Below are positions 48,782 through 57,699 of a stretch of DNA of 64,000 nt, in pieces. Position 1 is the stretch's first letter. Each line of letters starts with the position of its first letter. The notes beneath the pieces are model-generated. The model made no database searches. It was not told where the DNA came from and was given only the letters and a program-made list of their open reading frames with translations. This DNA is from Pseudomonadales bacterium (GTDB lineage: Bacteria; Pseudomonadota; Gammaproteobacteria; Pseudomonadales; Azotimanducaceae): contig OZ243949.1 of the NCBI GenBank assembly GCA_965214305.1, positions 2,515,962 through 2,579,961 on the forward strand, read 5' to 3'. A program made the position numbers and the translations under genes.

Positions 48782-48921
48782 CCTGGTTCCTGTTTGTTGG
48801 CGACATGCTGGTTATGGCGTTTTTTGCCGGCTTGGCCGTTTGGGCGCTCTGGGGCTCCTCCGACGAGGTGGTCGAAAAAACCGCCGCCATTCCATTGGAC
48901 GACGAGTGCCACGATGGCTGA
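48778..48921 (+). CDS. ccoQ: cbb3-type cytochrome c oxidase subunit CcoQ (small, not in the ORF track)
   Basis: A GTG start overlaps the ccoO stop (GTGA). The 47-aa product is VTWFLFVGDMLVMAFFAGLAVWALWGSSDEVVEKTAAIPLDDECHDG, with a single TM and an acidic tail. The 3' end overlaps the ccoP ATG at 48914. Confidence 0.7.
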   Translation: MTWFLFVGDMLVMAFFAGLAVWALWGSSDEVVEKTAAIPLDDECHDG

Positions 48922-49813
48922 GTTACCGGGCGAATTTTGGAGCGGTTGGGTCATCGCTCTGACCCTCGGTAGCTTGGCGGGGCTCATCTGGCTGGTATTC
49001 AGCCTGTATTTTGGTGGTGGCGCGGACCAACAGGAGGCAAGCCCGGTCTGGGACGGCAACCTGCGGGAAGGCGAGCATCCCGCGCCGCTTTGGTGGTTTT
49101 GGTTGATTTTTGCATCCCTGGTGATTTCCGTTGTTTACCTGTTGCTCTATCCGGGACTGGGCATGTTTGGGGGTGCGCTGGATTGGTCACAAGGGGGCGA
49201 ACTGTGTGAGCGACTGGAGCGCCATGCAACGGAGTTTGGCCCGACGCGCCGACTCATCGCCGAAGCCAAACTGGAAACCTTACAGGCCGACCCGAAACTC
49301 ATGGCTTCGGCGGAGCGCGTATACAACCGCAACTGCGCCGTCTGCCACGGTTACGATGCCCAAGGTCAGGCGAACCTATTTCCCAATTTGATTGATGCGC
49401 ACTGGCAGTGGGGTGGTGAGCCGACGCAAATTGAGCAATCGATCCGCCACGGGCGCCAGGCGGTGATGGTCGGTTGGTTGCCTGTCGTTGGTGAAGAAAC
49501 GGTGGACCTACTCACCGACTATGTGCGGGCGCTTGCCACCGGTGCAACGTCCAACCATCCGGGCGCTCAGCCCTATGGGCTCTATTGCAGCGCCTGTCAC
49601 GGCCCGGACGGCTCCGGCAATCCGCTGTTGGGCGCACCCAATCTCACCGACGACCTCAGCCTCTACGGCAATTCCACCGAGGCCGTGCGCTACTCCATCG
49701 CCCAAGGCCGCAACGGCCTAATGCCCGCCTTTGGCGAACGGCTCGACGACACCCAGATTCGCTTGTTGGTTGCCTGGTTGACGGCTGCTCCGCCGACATT
49801 TTCGGCACATTAG
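48914..49813 (+). CDS. ccoP: cbb3-type cytochrome c oxidase subunit III (diheme)
   Basis: MAELPGEFWSGW is followed by a TM and two CxxCH motifs (CAVCHG, CSACHG). The start is trimmed from 48794. Confidence 0.92.
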   Translation: MAELPGEFWSGWVIALTLGSLAGLIWLVFSLYFGGGADQQEASPVWDGNLREGEHPAPLWWFWLIFASLVISVVYLLLYPGLGMFGGALDWSQGGELCERLERHATEFGPTRRLIAEAKLETLQADPKLMASAERVYNRNCAVCHGYDAQGQANLFPNLIDAHWQWGGEPTQIEQSIRHGRQAVMVGWLPVVGEETVDLLTDYVRALATGATSNHPGAQPYGLYCSACHGPDGSGNPLLGAPNLTDDLSLYGNSTEAVRYSIAQGRNGLMPAFGERLDDTQIRLLVAWLTAAPPTFSAH

Positions 49814-49859
49814 GCACCCACGCCCAAAGTCGGCCCCCGACATTGCCCGACTTCTACCA

Positions 49860-51470
49860 TTGTTAAGCTTCCTCGTCGAGCTGGTTCGGTCTATTGGTCG
49901 CCGCGTTTTGACGCTGCCGCAGACGCTTGCCGATGGTTCGGCGGCGCGGCCGGGAAGGCGCGACCGGCTGGCCTTGGATATGGCGGGCCTGGCTTGCCTG
50001 GCCGGCTATCTCCTGTTGGCCTGGTACTCGCGGGGTACTTGGCGGGCGCCGGAATTGGCTGGATTCTTTCTGCTCATGGGCTGGGTTTCGCTACCGGTCT
50101 TTGCCGTCTTTGTATTATTTCGGCAGCGACCCCAGAGTTTGCCGGTTGGACGGCTGTTGTTGTGGGCCTGGTTGTTTCGTCTTGTCGGATTGGCCGGCGT
50201 ACCCCTGTTTGAAGACGATTGGTTTCGCTACCTTTGGGATGGCTACCGCTTTGCCGAAACGGGTACGCCCTACGGTTGGGCACCGGCGCAATCGTTTGCC
50301 GACCCCGGGGTTCCGCTTGTGTTGCAGCGTCTCCTGGATCAGATCAACCATCCTGATTTGCCCACCATCTACGGCCCCACCACCCAGCTGGCATTTGTAC
50401 TTTCCTACTTTGTGGCGCCGGCTAGCCTGGTGCCACTGCAACTCATGCTGATAGCGGTGGATCTTGTGCTGATACGGTTGTTGCTCGGCATCGCGCCGGC
50501 GCCTCATGTGCTGTTGTACGCCTGGTGCCCACTGGTCATTAAGGAAATCGCCTTCACCGCGCATCCGGATGGCATTGGCGTTTGCCTCGCCTTGGTGGCG
50601 CTGTTGTTCAGTGTGCGTGGCCGCAATCTGTTGGCGGCGTTTTCTTTGGGCTTGGCGGTCGGTGCCAAGATTTTCGCGTTGTTGCTGCTTCCGTTTGTAC
50701 TGTTTCCGCGCCAAAACCGGGGCGCACGGGAAGCCGTCGGTCATAACGACGCCTCGTCAAGCACCCAGAGGGTCAGGCCGCCGCCTACCGCAAATGATGC
50801 CTTGGCGGCGGGGCGCCTCGCCCATGCGGCGGCTTCCGGCCGACGGCCAACCTTGGCCGAGTTTGTACCGACATTGGCTGTGGCTGCAACGACAGGGCCG
50901 GTTTTCCTGCTGACGCTTGGCGCTCTGTACGCGCCCTTATCTTTCCGGGGCGGGAGCGATTTGACAAGCCTTGTCATCTTTGCGAGGGACTGGGAATTTA
51001 ATTCAGCCTTGTATGCGCTGGCTTCCGCCGTGCTGCCCGCGATGGCGGCAAAGGCCGTGTTGGGCACGGTACTCGCTTTTGCTATCGGTGCCTATTGGTA
51101 CCATTGGTGGACTAGAGCGCACACCAACCGGGGGGTGCCGCCGACGTACATGGCCGCGAGTGGGCCGTTGGGGTCGCCCCTGGGGCACCGGGCACCTGCT
51201 TTGCCGCGGGCCGATTGGTTGTTCGGGGGCTGCCTACTTGTCTCACCGGTAATCAACCCTTGGTATGGGCTCTGGATTTTGCCCTTTGCCGTCATTTTCC
51301 CGAGCGTCTGGGCTTGGGTTGCCGCCTCCGCACTGCTGCTTTCCTACATTACCGGTGCCAACCTGGGCACCCTTGAAATCGCTCCCTTTGCACAACCTTG
51401 GTGGGTGCGTCCTGTCGAGTTCGGCTTGATTTTTGCCGCGCTTTGCGTCACTTGGGCGCGGCGCCGCTAG
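49860..51470 (+). CDS. Polytopic membrane protein, GT-C-like glycosyltransferase candidate
   Basis: 536 aa with at least 10 hydrophobic segments. The first loop has an acidic motif, PLFEDDWFRYLWDGYRF. There is an internal low-complexity insert. The start is TTG 49860 or ATG 49980. Confidence 0.6.
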   Translation: MLSFLVELVRSIGRRVLTLPQTLADGSAARPGRRDRLALDMAGLACLAGYLLLAWYSRGTWRAPELAGFFLLMGWVSLPVFAVFVLFRQRPQSLPVGRLLLWAWLFRLVGLAGVPLFEDDWFRYLWDGYRFAETGTPYGWAPAQSFADPGVPLVLQRLLDQINHPDLPTIYGPTTQLAFVLSYFVAPASLVPLQLMLIAVDLVLIRLLLGIAPAPHVLLYAWCPLVIKEIAFTAHPDGIGVCLALVALLFSVRGRNLLAAFSLGLAVGAKIFALLLLPFVLFPRQNRGAREAVGHNDASSSTQRVRPPPTANDALAAGRLAHAAASGRRPTLAEFVPTLAVAATTGPVFLLTLGALYAPLSFRGGSDLTSLVIFARDWEFNSALYALASAVLPAMAAKAVLGTVLAFAIGAYWYHWWTRAHTNRGVPPTYMAASGPLGSPLGHRAPALPRADWLFGGCLLVSPVINPWYGLWILPFAVIFPSVWAWVAASALLLSYITGANLGTLEIAPFAQPWWVRPVEFGLIFAALCVTWARRR

Positions 51471-51556
51471 CAGCCTGCGCCTGCGGAAGTCGCGGCTATG
51501 GTGATCTTAGGCGACGGGCGCTATGCTTATTCATCCCACCAGCGAGGAGAAAGAGC

Positions 51557-51931
51557 ATGATCGGCAAATACCATGCGGTCAGGCGGCACATGATTGGCGC
51601 TTTGTTTGCCGCGTTCTTGGTTGTTGCGCCCGGTGCGTTCGGTTCGGGGTCCATCGGCGGTGGTGCCGGCGGCGTGAATCAATACGGGCAAATCTATCAA
51701 CAGGGCAAGATGGTGTTTTTTGGCCAGCTTGCTTGTAGCCGGGCTGCCTGCCCCATCAAGCGCAATCAGGTTAACGCCAGCTTGGCGGCCACTCTGGTTG
51801 CCAGCATTCGTGGTGCTTCCGGCATTCGCCTTGAAACGTCGCAGCACGATGCCGCCGTCGATGCGCTCACCCCCGACGAGCGGGAAAAGGTGCGGTACTA
51901 CCTGAGCCGCCGCTTCGGTATCAAGAGCTAA
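51557..51931 (+). CDS. Small secreted protein (hypothetical)
   Basis: A GAGGAG RBS lies at 51545-51550. The signal peptide is MIGALFAAFLVVAPGAFG. 124 aa. Confidence 0.55.
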   Translation: MIGKYHAVRRHMIGALFAAFLVVAPGAFGSGSIGGGAGGVNQYGQIYQQGKMVFFGQLACSRAACPIKRNQVNASLAATLVASIRGASGIRLETSQHDAAVDALTPDEREKVRYYLSRRFGIKS

Positions 51932-51960
51932 TCCCGCCTACACCATTCTCGGAGTAACCA

Positions 51961-52839
51961 ATGAAAATTCTGGTCAATATCCTACTTGCCCTCGCCCTGC
52001 CGCTATCGGCTTGGGGCGCGGGTTCGCCTTGGTTGCCGATGCCCAAGTCCGGCGATATCGGCGTTACCTACGTTTCCCAATCCGCCGACAACTTCTGGCG
52101 CGGCCCCGACGGCGATGTCAAGGGTCCGCTGCCCTTCGGCGAGCTCGACCAAGAAACGGTTTGGTTTCGTGGAAGCTACGGGCTTTCCGACTCCCTCGCC
52201 CTCGATTTTGAAATAGGCACTTCGGAAACAGACCCCGCGAACAGTCCGCCGCCCAAGAGCGATGGCCGCACGGACCTCTCCCTTGGCGCCACTTGGCGAT
52301 TTGTTGACGAATACACCAACGAACAGGGTCTGCCGAGCATGGCGGTTCGCGGTGCCCTGGTTGTCGCGGGCAACTACGACGTTGGCTTACCCACCGCCAT
52401 TGGCGACGGCGCGGACGGTTTCGATGCTTCGGTTATTGTCGGCAAAATCTTCGCTGAGCGCATTGCCCTATCGGGCGAGTTCGGAATCCGTAGCCGCGAC
52501 AGCGGCGTGCCGGACAGCACCTTCGTCAATCTGAACGCCTATCTTCTGTTGTCTTCGCGCTTCATTCTCGAGACCCAGTTCCACACCACAGCCTCCAATG
52601 GCGAGCTCAATATCTGCGGCCCCTGCGGCCCGCCCTCGCCGCCGGGCGCCCCGGGCAACTTCCCGCTGGTTGAAGAGGAAATGGATCGTATTATGGTGGG
52701 CGCGACCTTCAACCTGACCGATCAGCTCAGTGCCGGATTCAGGTGGTACACAGTGCTTGATGGCCGCAACACCGGCGAATTCGATGCCTTCGCGATTAAT
52801 GCCAATTACAGTTTCGACCTGTATCGTTTGGGGCTCTAG
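51961..52839 (+). CDS. Putative outer-membrane beta-barrel protein
   Basis: The signal peptide is LALALPLSAWG. The sequence alternates hydrophobic and polar residues as beta-strands would, and has an aromatic-rich C-terminal strand (INANYSF). Confidence 0.55.
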   Translation: MKILVNILLALALPLSAWGAGSPWLPMPKSGDIGVTYVSQSADNFWRGPDGDVKGPLPFGELDQETVWFRGSYGLSDSLALDFEIGTSETDPANSPPPKSDGRTDLSLGATWRFVDEYTNEQGLPSMAVRGALVVAGNYDVGLPTAIGDGADGFDASVIVGKIFAERIALSGEFGIRSRDSGVPDSTFVNLNAYLLLSSRFILETQFHTTASNGELNICGPCGPPSPPGAPGNFPLVEEEMDRIMVGATFNLTDQLSAGFRWYTVLDGRNTGEFDAFAINANYSFDLYRLGL

Positions 52840-52883
52840 GAGCCTCCGCCGATGCACTCGACGCGCCGGCATGACGGGTTCCG

Positions 52884-53624
52884 TTGCGGCCCATGTATCG
52901 CGGGATGACCGTCGGCGTCGTTATTCCGGCGCTCAATGAGGAAGCCTCCATCGGCCTCGTGGTGGGTGATTTGCTATCGCTGCGCCACGAGGGCAAAGCC
53001 GTCGTCGATGAGGTGGTGGTTTGTGACAACGGTTCCACCGATGCGACCGCGGCCCAAGCCGGTGAAGCGGGTGCGCGGGTGGTCAGGGAAGAGCGGCCGG
53101 GATATGGCGCCGCCTGTCTTGCCGGTATGGCCGCGCTCGCATCGCCGGATGTTGTCTTATTTACCGATGGCGACCACGCTTTTCACGCAAACCAGGCCTT
53201 GGAGCTCATTGATCGCATAGATGCCGGCGCCGATCTTGTCATCGGCTCGCGAACCCTTGGTCGCCGGGAAATGGGTGCCTTGACCCGCGCTCAGCAGGCC
53301 GGCAACTGGGTGGCAACGGCTTTGATTCGTCTGCTTTGGGGTCGCCGCGCCACCGATCTCGGCCCCTATCGTGCGATTCGCCGCGAGGCCCTGGTGCGGC
53401 TCGGCATGACCGACCGCGCTTTCGGCTGGACGGTGGAAATGCAGGTTAAGGCCATTCAGCGCGGGCTCGTTACCGAGGAAGTGGCGGTGGACACCAGGGA
53501 ACGCATCGGCCAGTCGAAAATCAGCGGCACGCTAAGCGGGGCGATTGGTGCGGGTATTGGCATCCTATCAACCATTGCCAAATTGCGTTGGCGGCAGTCG
53601 TTCGGCCGACCCGCCCTAAAATGA
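52884..53624 (+). CDS. Family 2 glycosyltransferase (DPM1/ArnC-like)
   Basis: It contains VVIPALNEE...VVVCDNGSTD...FTDGD, a GT-A DxD-type signature. Confidence 0.8.
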   Translation: MRPMYRGMTVGVVIPALNEEASIGLVVGDLLSLRHEGKAVVDEVVVCDNGSTDATAAQAGEAGARVVREERPGYGAACLAGMAALASPDVVLFTDGDHAFHANQALELIDRIDAGADLVIGSRTLGRREMGALTRAQQAGNWVATALIRLLWGRRATDLGPYRAIRREALVRLGMTDRAFGWTVEMQVKAIQRGLVTEEVAVDTRERIGQSKISGTLSGAIGAGIGILSTIAKLRWRQSFGRPALK

Positions 53625-54550
53625 ATGAAATTTGGAAAAGCAACCGCATGATATTAAGACTTTCACAAATGGGCCGCGCTCAGCGGCCGGGTGGCGAGTT
53701 GGCACCACGGGCTTGCCCGCGCATCGGCACCGCCCGCCTTTTTTTCTGCTTTTTGGCCGCTCTTTGCGCGAGCCTTGTTGCCGGGGCCCAGGCGGCGCAG
53801 CAACCCGAGCTCATTGCGATCTGGAAAGGCAGCGACGAGTCGAATACCGCCACCATAGACCATTCGCCCTGGCAAGAAATTCTCGACACCTATCTCATCG
53901 ATGACCATCCCACGGGCATCAACCGCTTCGATTACGCGGCACTGCAAGCGAGCACCGAGGACACGGCAAAGTTACGGGGCTATCTAACCGGTCTCGCCAG
54001 GCTCGACCCGCGCACCTATTCCTCGGTGGAGCAAAAGGCCTATTGGATCAATGTGTACAACGCCCTGACCGTGTTCGTCATCGTGCCGAGGTTTCCGGTG
54101 GATTCCATCAAGGACATCAAGAGCGGCATCATCGATTTCGGGCCTTGGAATCTTGAGCTGCTGCCGATGGCGGGCGTGACCTTGACGTTGAATCAGATCG
54201 AACACGGCATCCTGCGGCCCCTATGGGCCGACCCCCGCATTCATTATGCGGTGAACTGCGCGAGCCTCGGTTGCCCTAATCTCTCCCCCGAGGCCTATCG
54301 CGCCGACAATCTGGAGCGGTTGCTTGATCAGGGCGCAAACGACTACATCAACCACCCCAGGGGCGTACAGGTTGTAGATGGCGAGTTGTTGATCTCAAGC
54401 ATCTACGAGTGGTTCAAAATCGATTTCGGCGACAATGACGCGGGTGTCCTCGCGCACCTGCGGCGCTATGCGAACGAACAGACCGCGGCACTGCTTGAAG
54501 GGCACGACCGCTTCGATGACGACTACGATTGGGCGATCAACGCGCCTTAA
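53621..54550 (+). CDS. DUF547 domain protein
   Basis: It contains KAYWINVYNALTV...IEHGILRP...DPRIHYAVNCASLGCPNL. The ATG at 53621 overlaps the GT2 stop (ATGA). Confidence 0.75.
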   Translation: MNEIWKSNRMILRLSQMGRAQRPGGELAPRACPRIGTARLFFCFLAALCASLVAGAQAAQQPELIAIWKGSDESNTATIDHSPWQEILDTYLIDDHPTGINRFDYAALQASTEDTAKLRGYLTGLARLDPRTYSSVEQKAYWINVYNALTVFVIVPRFPVDSIKDIKSGIIDFGPWNLELLPMAGVTLTLNQIEHGILRPLWADPRIHYAVNCASLGCPNLSPEAYRADNLERLLDQGANDYINHPRGVQVVDGELLISSIYEWFKIDFGDNDAGVLAHLRRYANEQTAALLEGHDRFDDDYDWAINAP

Positions 54551-54744
54551 TCCGCATCCCTCACCAAATAGCCGCTGCGCACGCCGATGCAACGCCGCGC
54601 TGAGCGACATGTTTGCGCATAAAGCGGGTCTTTGGGGTTTCCCTGGCGGCGCGCTCGGCTCGTTCCAACCCTCTCGCCCAAGCAGGAAGGCTGTGCCCAG
54701 CACCGCCAGGGGGACCCGCTCGCTGCCGACCGCGTGGTACTTGA

Positions 54745-55797
54745 TCAGCGCGATGCGGCTTGGCTGTCTTCTGGTGTTTCGTTGCTTGGTGCGGCTAAAC
54801 AGAATTCGCGCAGTGCCGCGATCCACTGCGGCCCGGCGTTAAGGCAGGGCACGAGCGTATAGGTATCGCCGCCGGCGGAGAGAAAGATGTCTCGGCCCGC
54901 CATGCCGATTTCCTCCAGCGTCTCCAGATTGTCCGCAACAAAGGCGGGGCAAGCCACCACCAGATTGCGCACGCCGCGGCCGGGCAGGGCGGCCAACTCC
55001 TGGTCGGTGTATGGCGTCAGCCAGGGGAGTCGGCCCAGTCGTGATTGGAAGCTAAGGCTGTAGCGTTCCGGGGCGATGCGCAAGCGCTCGGCCAGGAGCC
55101 TGGATGTGTGCAATGTTTGGTGCCGATAGCAGGTCGCTTGGGCGACGGAAGGTTCCGTACAGCAATGTTCGCGTTGCAGGCAGTGCTTACCCGTTGGGTC
55201 TGCCTTGAGGATGTGGCGTTCCGGCAGCCCGTGGTAGCTGAATAGCAGGTGGTCCCAGCGCTCGGGCAGATTTTGCTCAATCACCGCGGATTGCGCATCA
55301 AGATAGGCCGGTTGGTCGTAAAACGGCGGCAACACCCGCAGGGTCGCACCCGCTGGCAGGGCGGCTTGAACGGCGGCGATGGTGGTTGTGCGGGTGGAAT
55401 CGGCGTGTTGCGGATAGAGGGGAATGACCAGAATATCCGAGGCACCGGCAGCCCGGAGTTCCCGTATCGCCGCGGCGATATTGGGTTGACCGTAGCGCAT
55501 GGCCAGCACCACGGGCATATCGACGCACTCCGCCAAACGGTCGCGACAGCCTTGGCTATGGTACAGCAGCGGAGAACCGGTGTTGCGCCCGGCAGCGTCC
55601 CAAATGCTTGCATAGGCCGCTGCGCTACGTTTCGGTCGGAAGGGCAAGATCAATAGATTGACCACCAACCAGCGCAGCGGCCCCGGCAGATCAAGCACAT
55701 GGGGATCCATCAGGAATTCCCGCAGATAGGTCGCCACGTCCTTTACTCGGGCAGAGGCGGGCGTGCCCAGGTTGACCAGCAAAACACCTCGTTTCAC
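54745..55797 (-). CDS. hemH: Ferrochelatase
   Basis: It contains GVLLVNLGTP...YLREFLMDP...LFSYHGLPE. I prefer the GTG start at 55797, because the listed ATG at 55920 would overlap the divergent transporter gene. Confidence 0.88.
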   Translation of the reverse strand: MKRGVLLVNLGTPASARVKDVATYLREFLMDPHVLDLPGPLRWLVVNLLILPFRPKRSAAAYASIWDAAGRNTGSPLLYHSQGCRDRLAECVDMPVVLAMRYGQPNIAAAIRELRAAGASDILVIPLYPQHADSTRTTTIAAVQAALPAGATLRVLPPFYDQPAYLDAQSAVIEQNLPERWDHLLFSYHGLPERHILKADPTGKHCLQREHCCTEPSVAQATCYRHQTLHTSRLLAERLRIAPERYSLSFQSRLGRLPWLTPYTDQELAALPGRGVRNLVVACPAFVADNLETLEEIGMAGRDIFLSAGGDTYTLVPCLNAGPQWIAALREFCLAAPSNETPEDSQAASR

Positions 55798-55918
55798 ATC
55801 AATCTCGCCGATTTTATGCTGTTGTCGGGGCCAGAAGCCACAGACCCCACCCCGATACAGCGGCGACCCGTACCGGCTACAATGTGCTCCTTTTCCCCAA
55901 TCAATACAAGGGTCGCCC

Positions 55919-57655
55919 ATGTCCTCGGGAATGCGCCGGTTTCTCCTTTTCGCTTTTGCCCTGGTTGTGGCATGGCTCGCTGGTCTCTATGTGCAGCCGA
56001 CTTGGACCGTTGAGCAGATTACGCTCGACGCCCGGATAGACGCCGCGGGCCAGCTTTACTATCGGCTGGAGGGCGAAGAGGTCCCGTTTGACGCCGTGCC
56101 CGTCGCCGAGGCGTACCTTGACCCCGCCGTCGTTGCCGGAATGCGTGAGGCGCCCGCGGTCAAGGAGGAGTTCGTCGCGGTGCCGGAAGTGGAGGATGGT
56201 CGGCACCAAACCACCTACTATCAGCGCCTCGCCAAATTTCATTTCGGCTACCTCTCGCTGTTGCCCGCACTGGTGGCGGTGATGCTCTGTTGGCTCACCC
56301 GGGAACCGATCACGGCGCTGCTGGGCGGCATTACCGCCGGAGCCCTGATGCTCGGCAAATACGACCTGACCGGCGAGGTATTGATTCCGTCGGTGGCGAC
56401 CACGGGCGCGGCGAGTATGTTGGTGCTCTATCTTTGGCTACTCGGAGGGCTGATGGGAATCTGGTCGCGCACCGGCGCGGCCATGGCGTTCGCCGAGTTC
56501 GTCACCGTCCGCTTCGTGCGCGGGCCGCGCAGCGCCAAGATGGTGGCTTGGCTATTGGGCGTGGTGTTTTTCCAGGGCGGCACGGTCAGCACGGTGGTGG
56601 TCGGTACGACGGTGCGGCCCATCGCCGACAAGGAGCGGGTCAGTCACGAGGAACTGGCCTATATTGTCGATTCCACCGCTTCGCCCATTGCCTCGCAACT
56701 GGCCTTCAACGCTTGGCCCGGCTATGTGCAGGCGTTTATCTTCGTTTCCGGCGTGGGCTTCCTGGCCACCGAGGCGGACCGTATCGCCTTCTTCTTCCAG
56801 AGCGTGCCCTTTTGCTTCTATGCGATTTTCGCCGTGCTCGGCACCTTGCTGCTCAGCGTTGAAAAACCGTTATTCCTGGGTCGGCAATTGGGTGAGGCGA
56901 TGGCCCGCGCTCGCGCCACGGGTGAACTTGATGCCCCCGGTGCCGTGCCGCTCAGTGCCAAGGAATTGCAGGGCAGCAATGTACCCGAAGGCTATGTGGC
57001 CAGCGTTTTGGAGTTTCTGCTGCCGCTTGGCCTTTTGATTGTGACCGCCGTTGGCACCTTCCTGGCTTTTGGAACGCCCAACGTGCATTGGTCTTTCGGC
57101 GGGGCGCTGCTGCTTGCCGCCGGCATGGCGTTGGCGAAGGGCATGTCGCTGAAGGATTTGATGACCGGCTTTCAAGACGGCATCAAGGGCGTATTGGTCG
57201 GTTCGGTGATTTTGATGCTCGCCATCACCATCGGCGGCATCAGCCGGGAGACGGGCGGCGGCATCTTCCTTGTCGAACAACTTGGCGATGCCATTCCCTA
57301 CTTCCTGTTGCCGGTGCTGTTGCAGTTGATGACCATGGTGATTGCCTTTTCCACGGGTACCAGTTGGGGCACCTATGCGGTGGCTTTTCCGCTGGCGATG
57401 CCCCTGGCTTGGGCGGTCGCCACGGGCCAGGGGTTGTCGCATCCGGAACTCTTTATGACGCTCTGTTTCGCGGCGGTAATGGATGGCAGCGTTTACGGCG
57501 ACCAATGCTCGCCCATTTCCGATACGACGGTACTCAGTTCCATGTGTACCGGTTGCGATCTGATGGATCATGTGAAAACGCAAATTCCACAAGCGACCTT
57601 CGCCGCTATTTTGGCCACCGTTGGCTGGACGCTGATCGCCTTTTTCACCGCCTGA
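55919..57655 (+). CDS. NhaC-family Na+/H+ antiporter-like transporter
   Basis: 578 aa polytopic protein. Its C-terminal half resembles the Na_H_antiporter NhaC domain (SWGTYAVAFPLAMPLA...DGSVYGDQCSPISDTT). Confidence 0.7.
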   Translation: MSSGMRRFLLFAFALVVAWLAGLYVQPTWTVEQITLDARIDAAGQLYYRLEGEEVPFDAVPVAEAYLDPAVVAGMREAPAVKEEFVAVPEVEDGRHQTTYYQRLAKFHFGYLSLLPALVAVMLCWLTREPITALLGGITAGALMLGKYDLTGEVLIPSVATTGAASMLVLYLWLLGGLMGIWSRTGAAMAFAEFVTVRFVRGPRSAKMVAWLLGVVFFQGGTVSTVVVGTTVRPIADKERVSHEELAYIVDSTASPIASQLAFNAWPGYVQAFIFVSGVGFLATEADRIAFFFQSVPFCFYAIFAVLGTLLLSVEKPLFLGRQLGEAMARARATGELDAPGAVPLSAKELQGSNVPEGYVASVLEFLLPLGLLIVTAVGTFLAFGTPNVHWSFGGALLLAAGMALAKGMSLKDLMTGFQDGIKGVLVGSVILMLAITIGGISRETGGGIFLVEQLGDAIPYFLLPVLLQLMTMVIAFSTGTSWGTYAVAFPLAMPLAWAVATGQGLSHPELFMTLCFAAVMDGSVYGDQCSPISDTTVLSSMCTGCDLMDHVKTQIPQATFAAILATVGWTLIAFFTA

Positions 57656-57699
57656 TGCCGGGTATCGCCGAACGGCCCCGGCCGCTTGAGTAAACGGGC

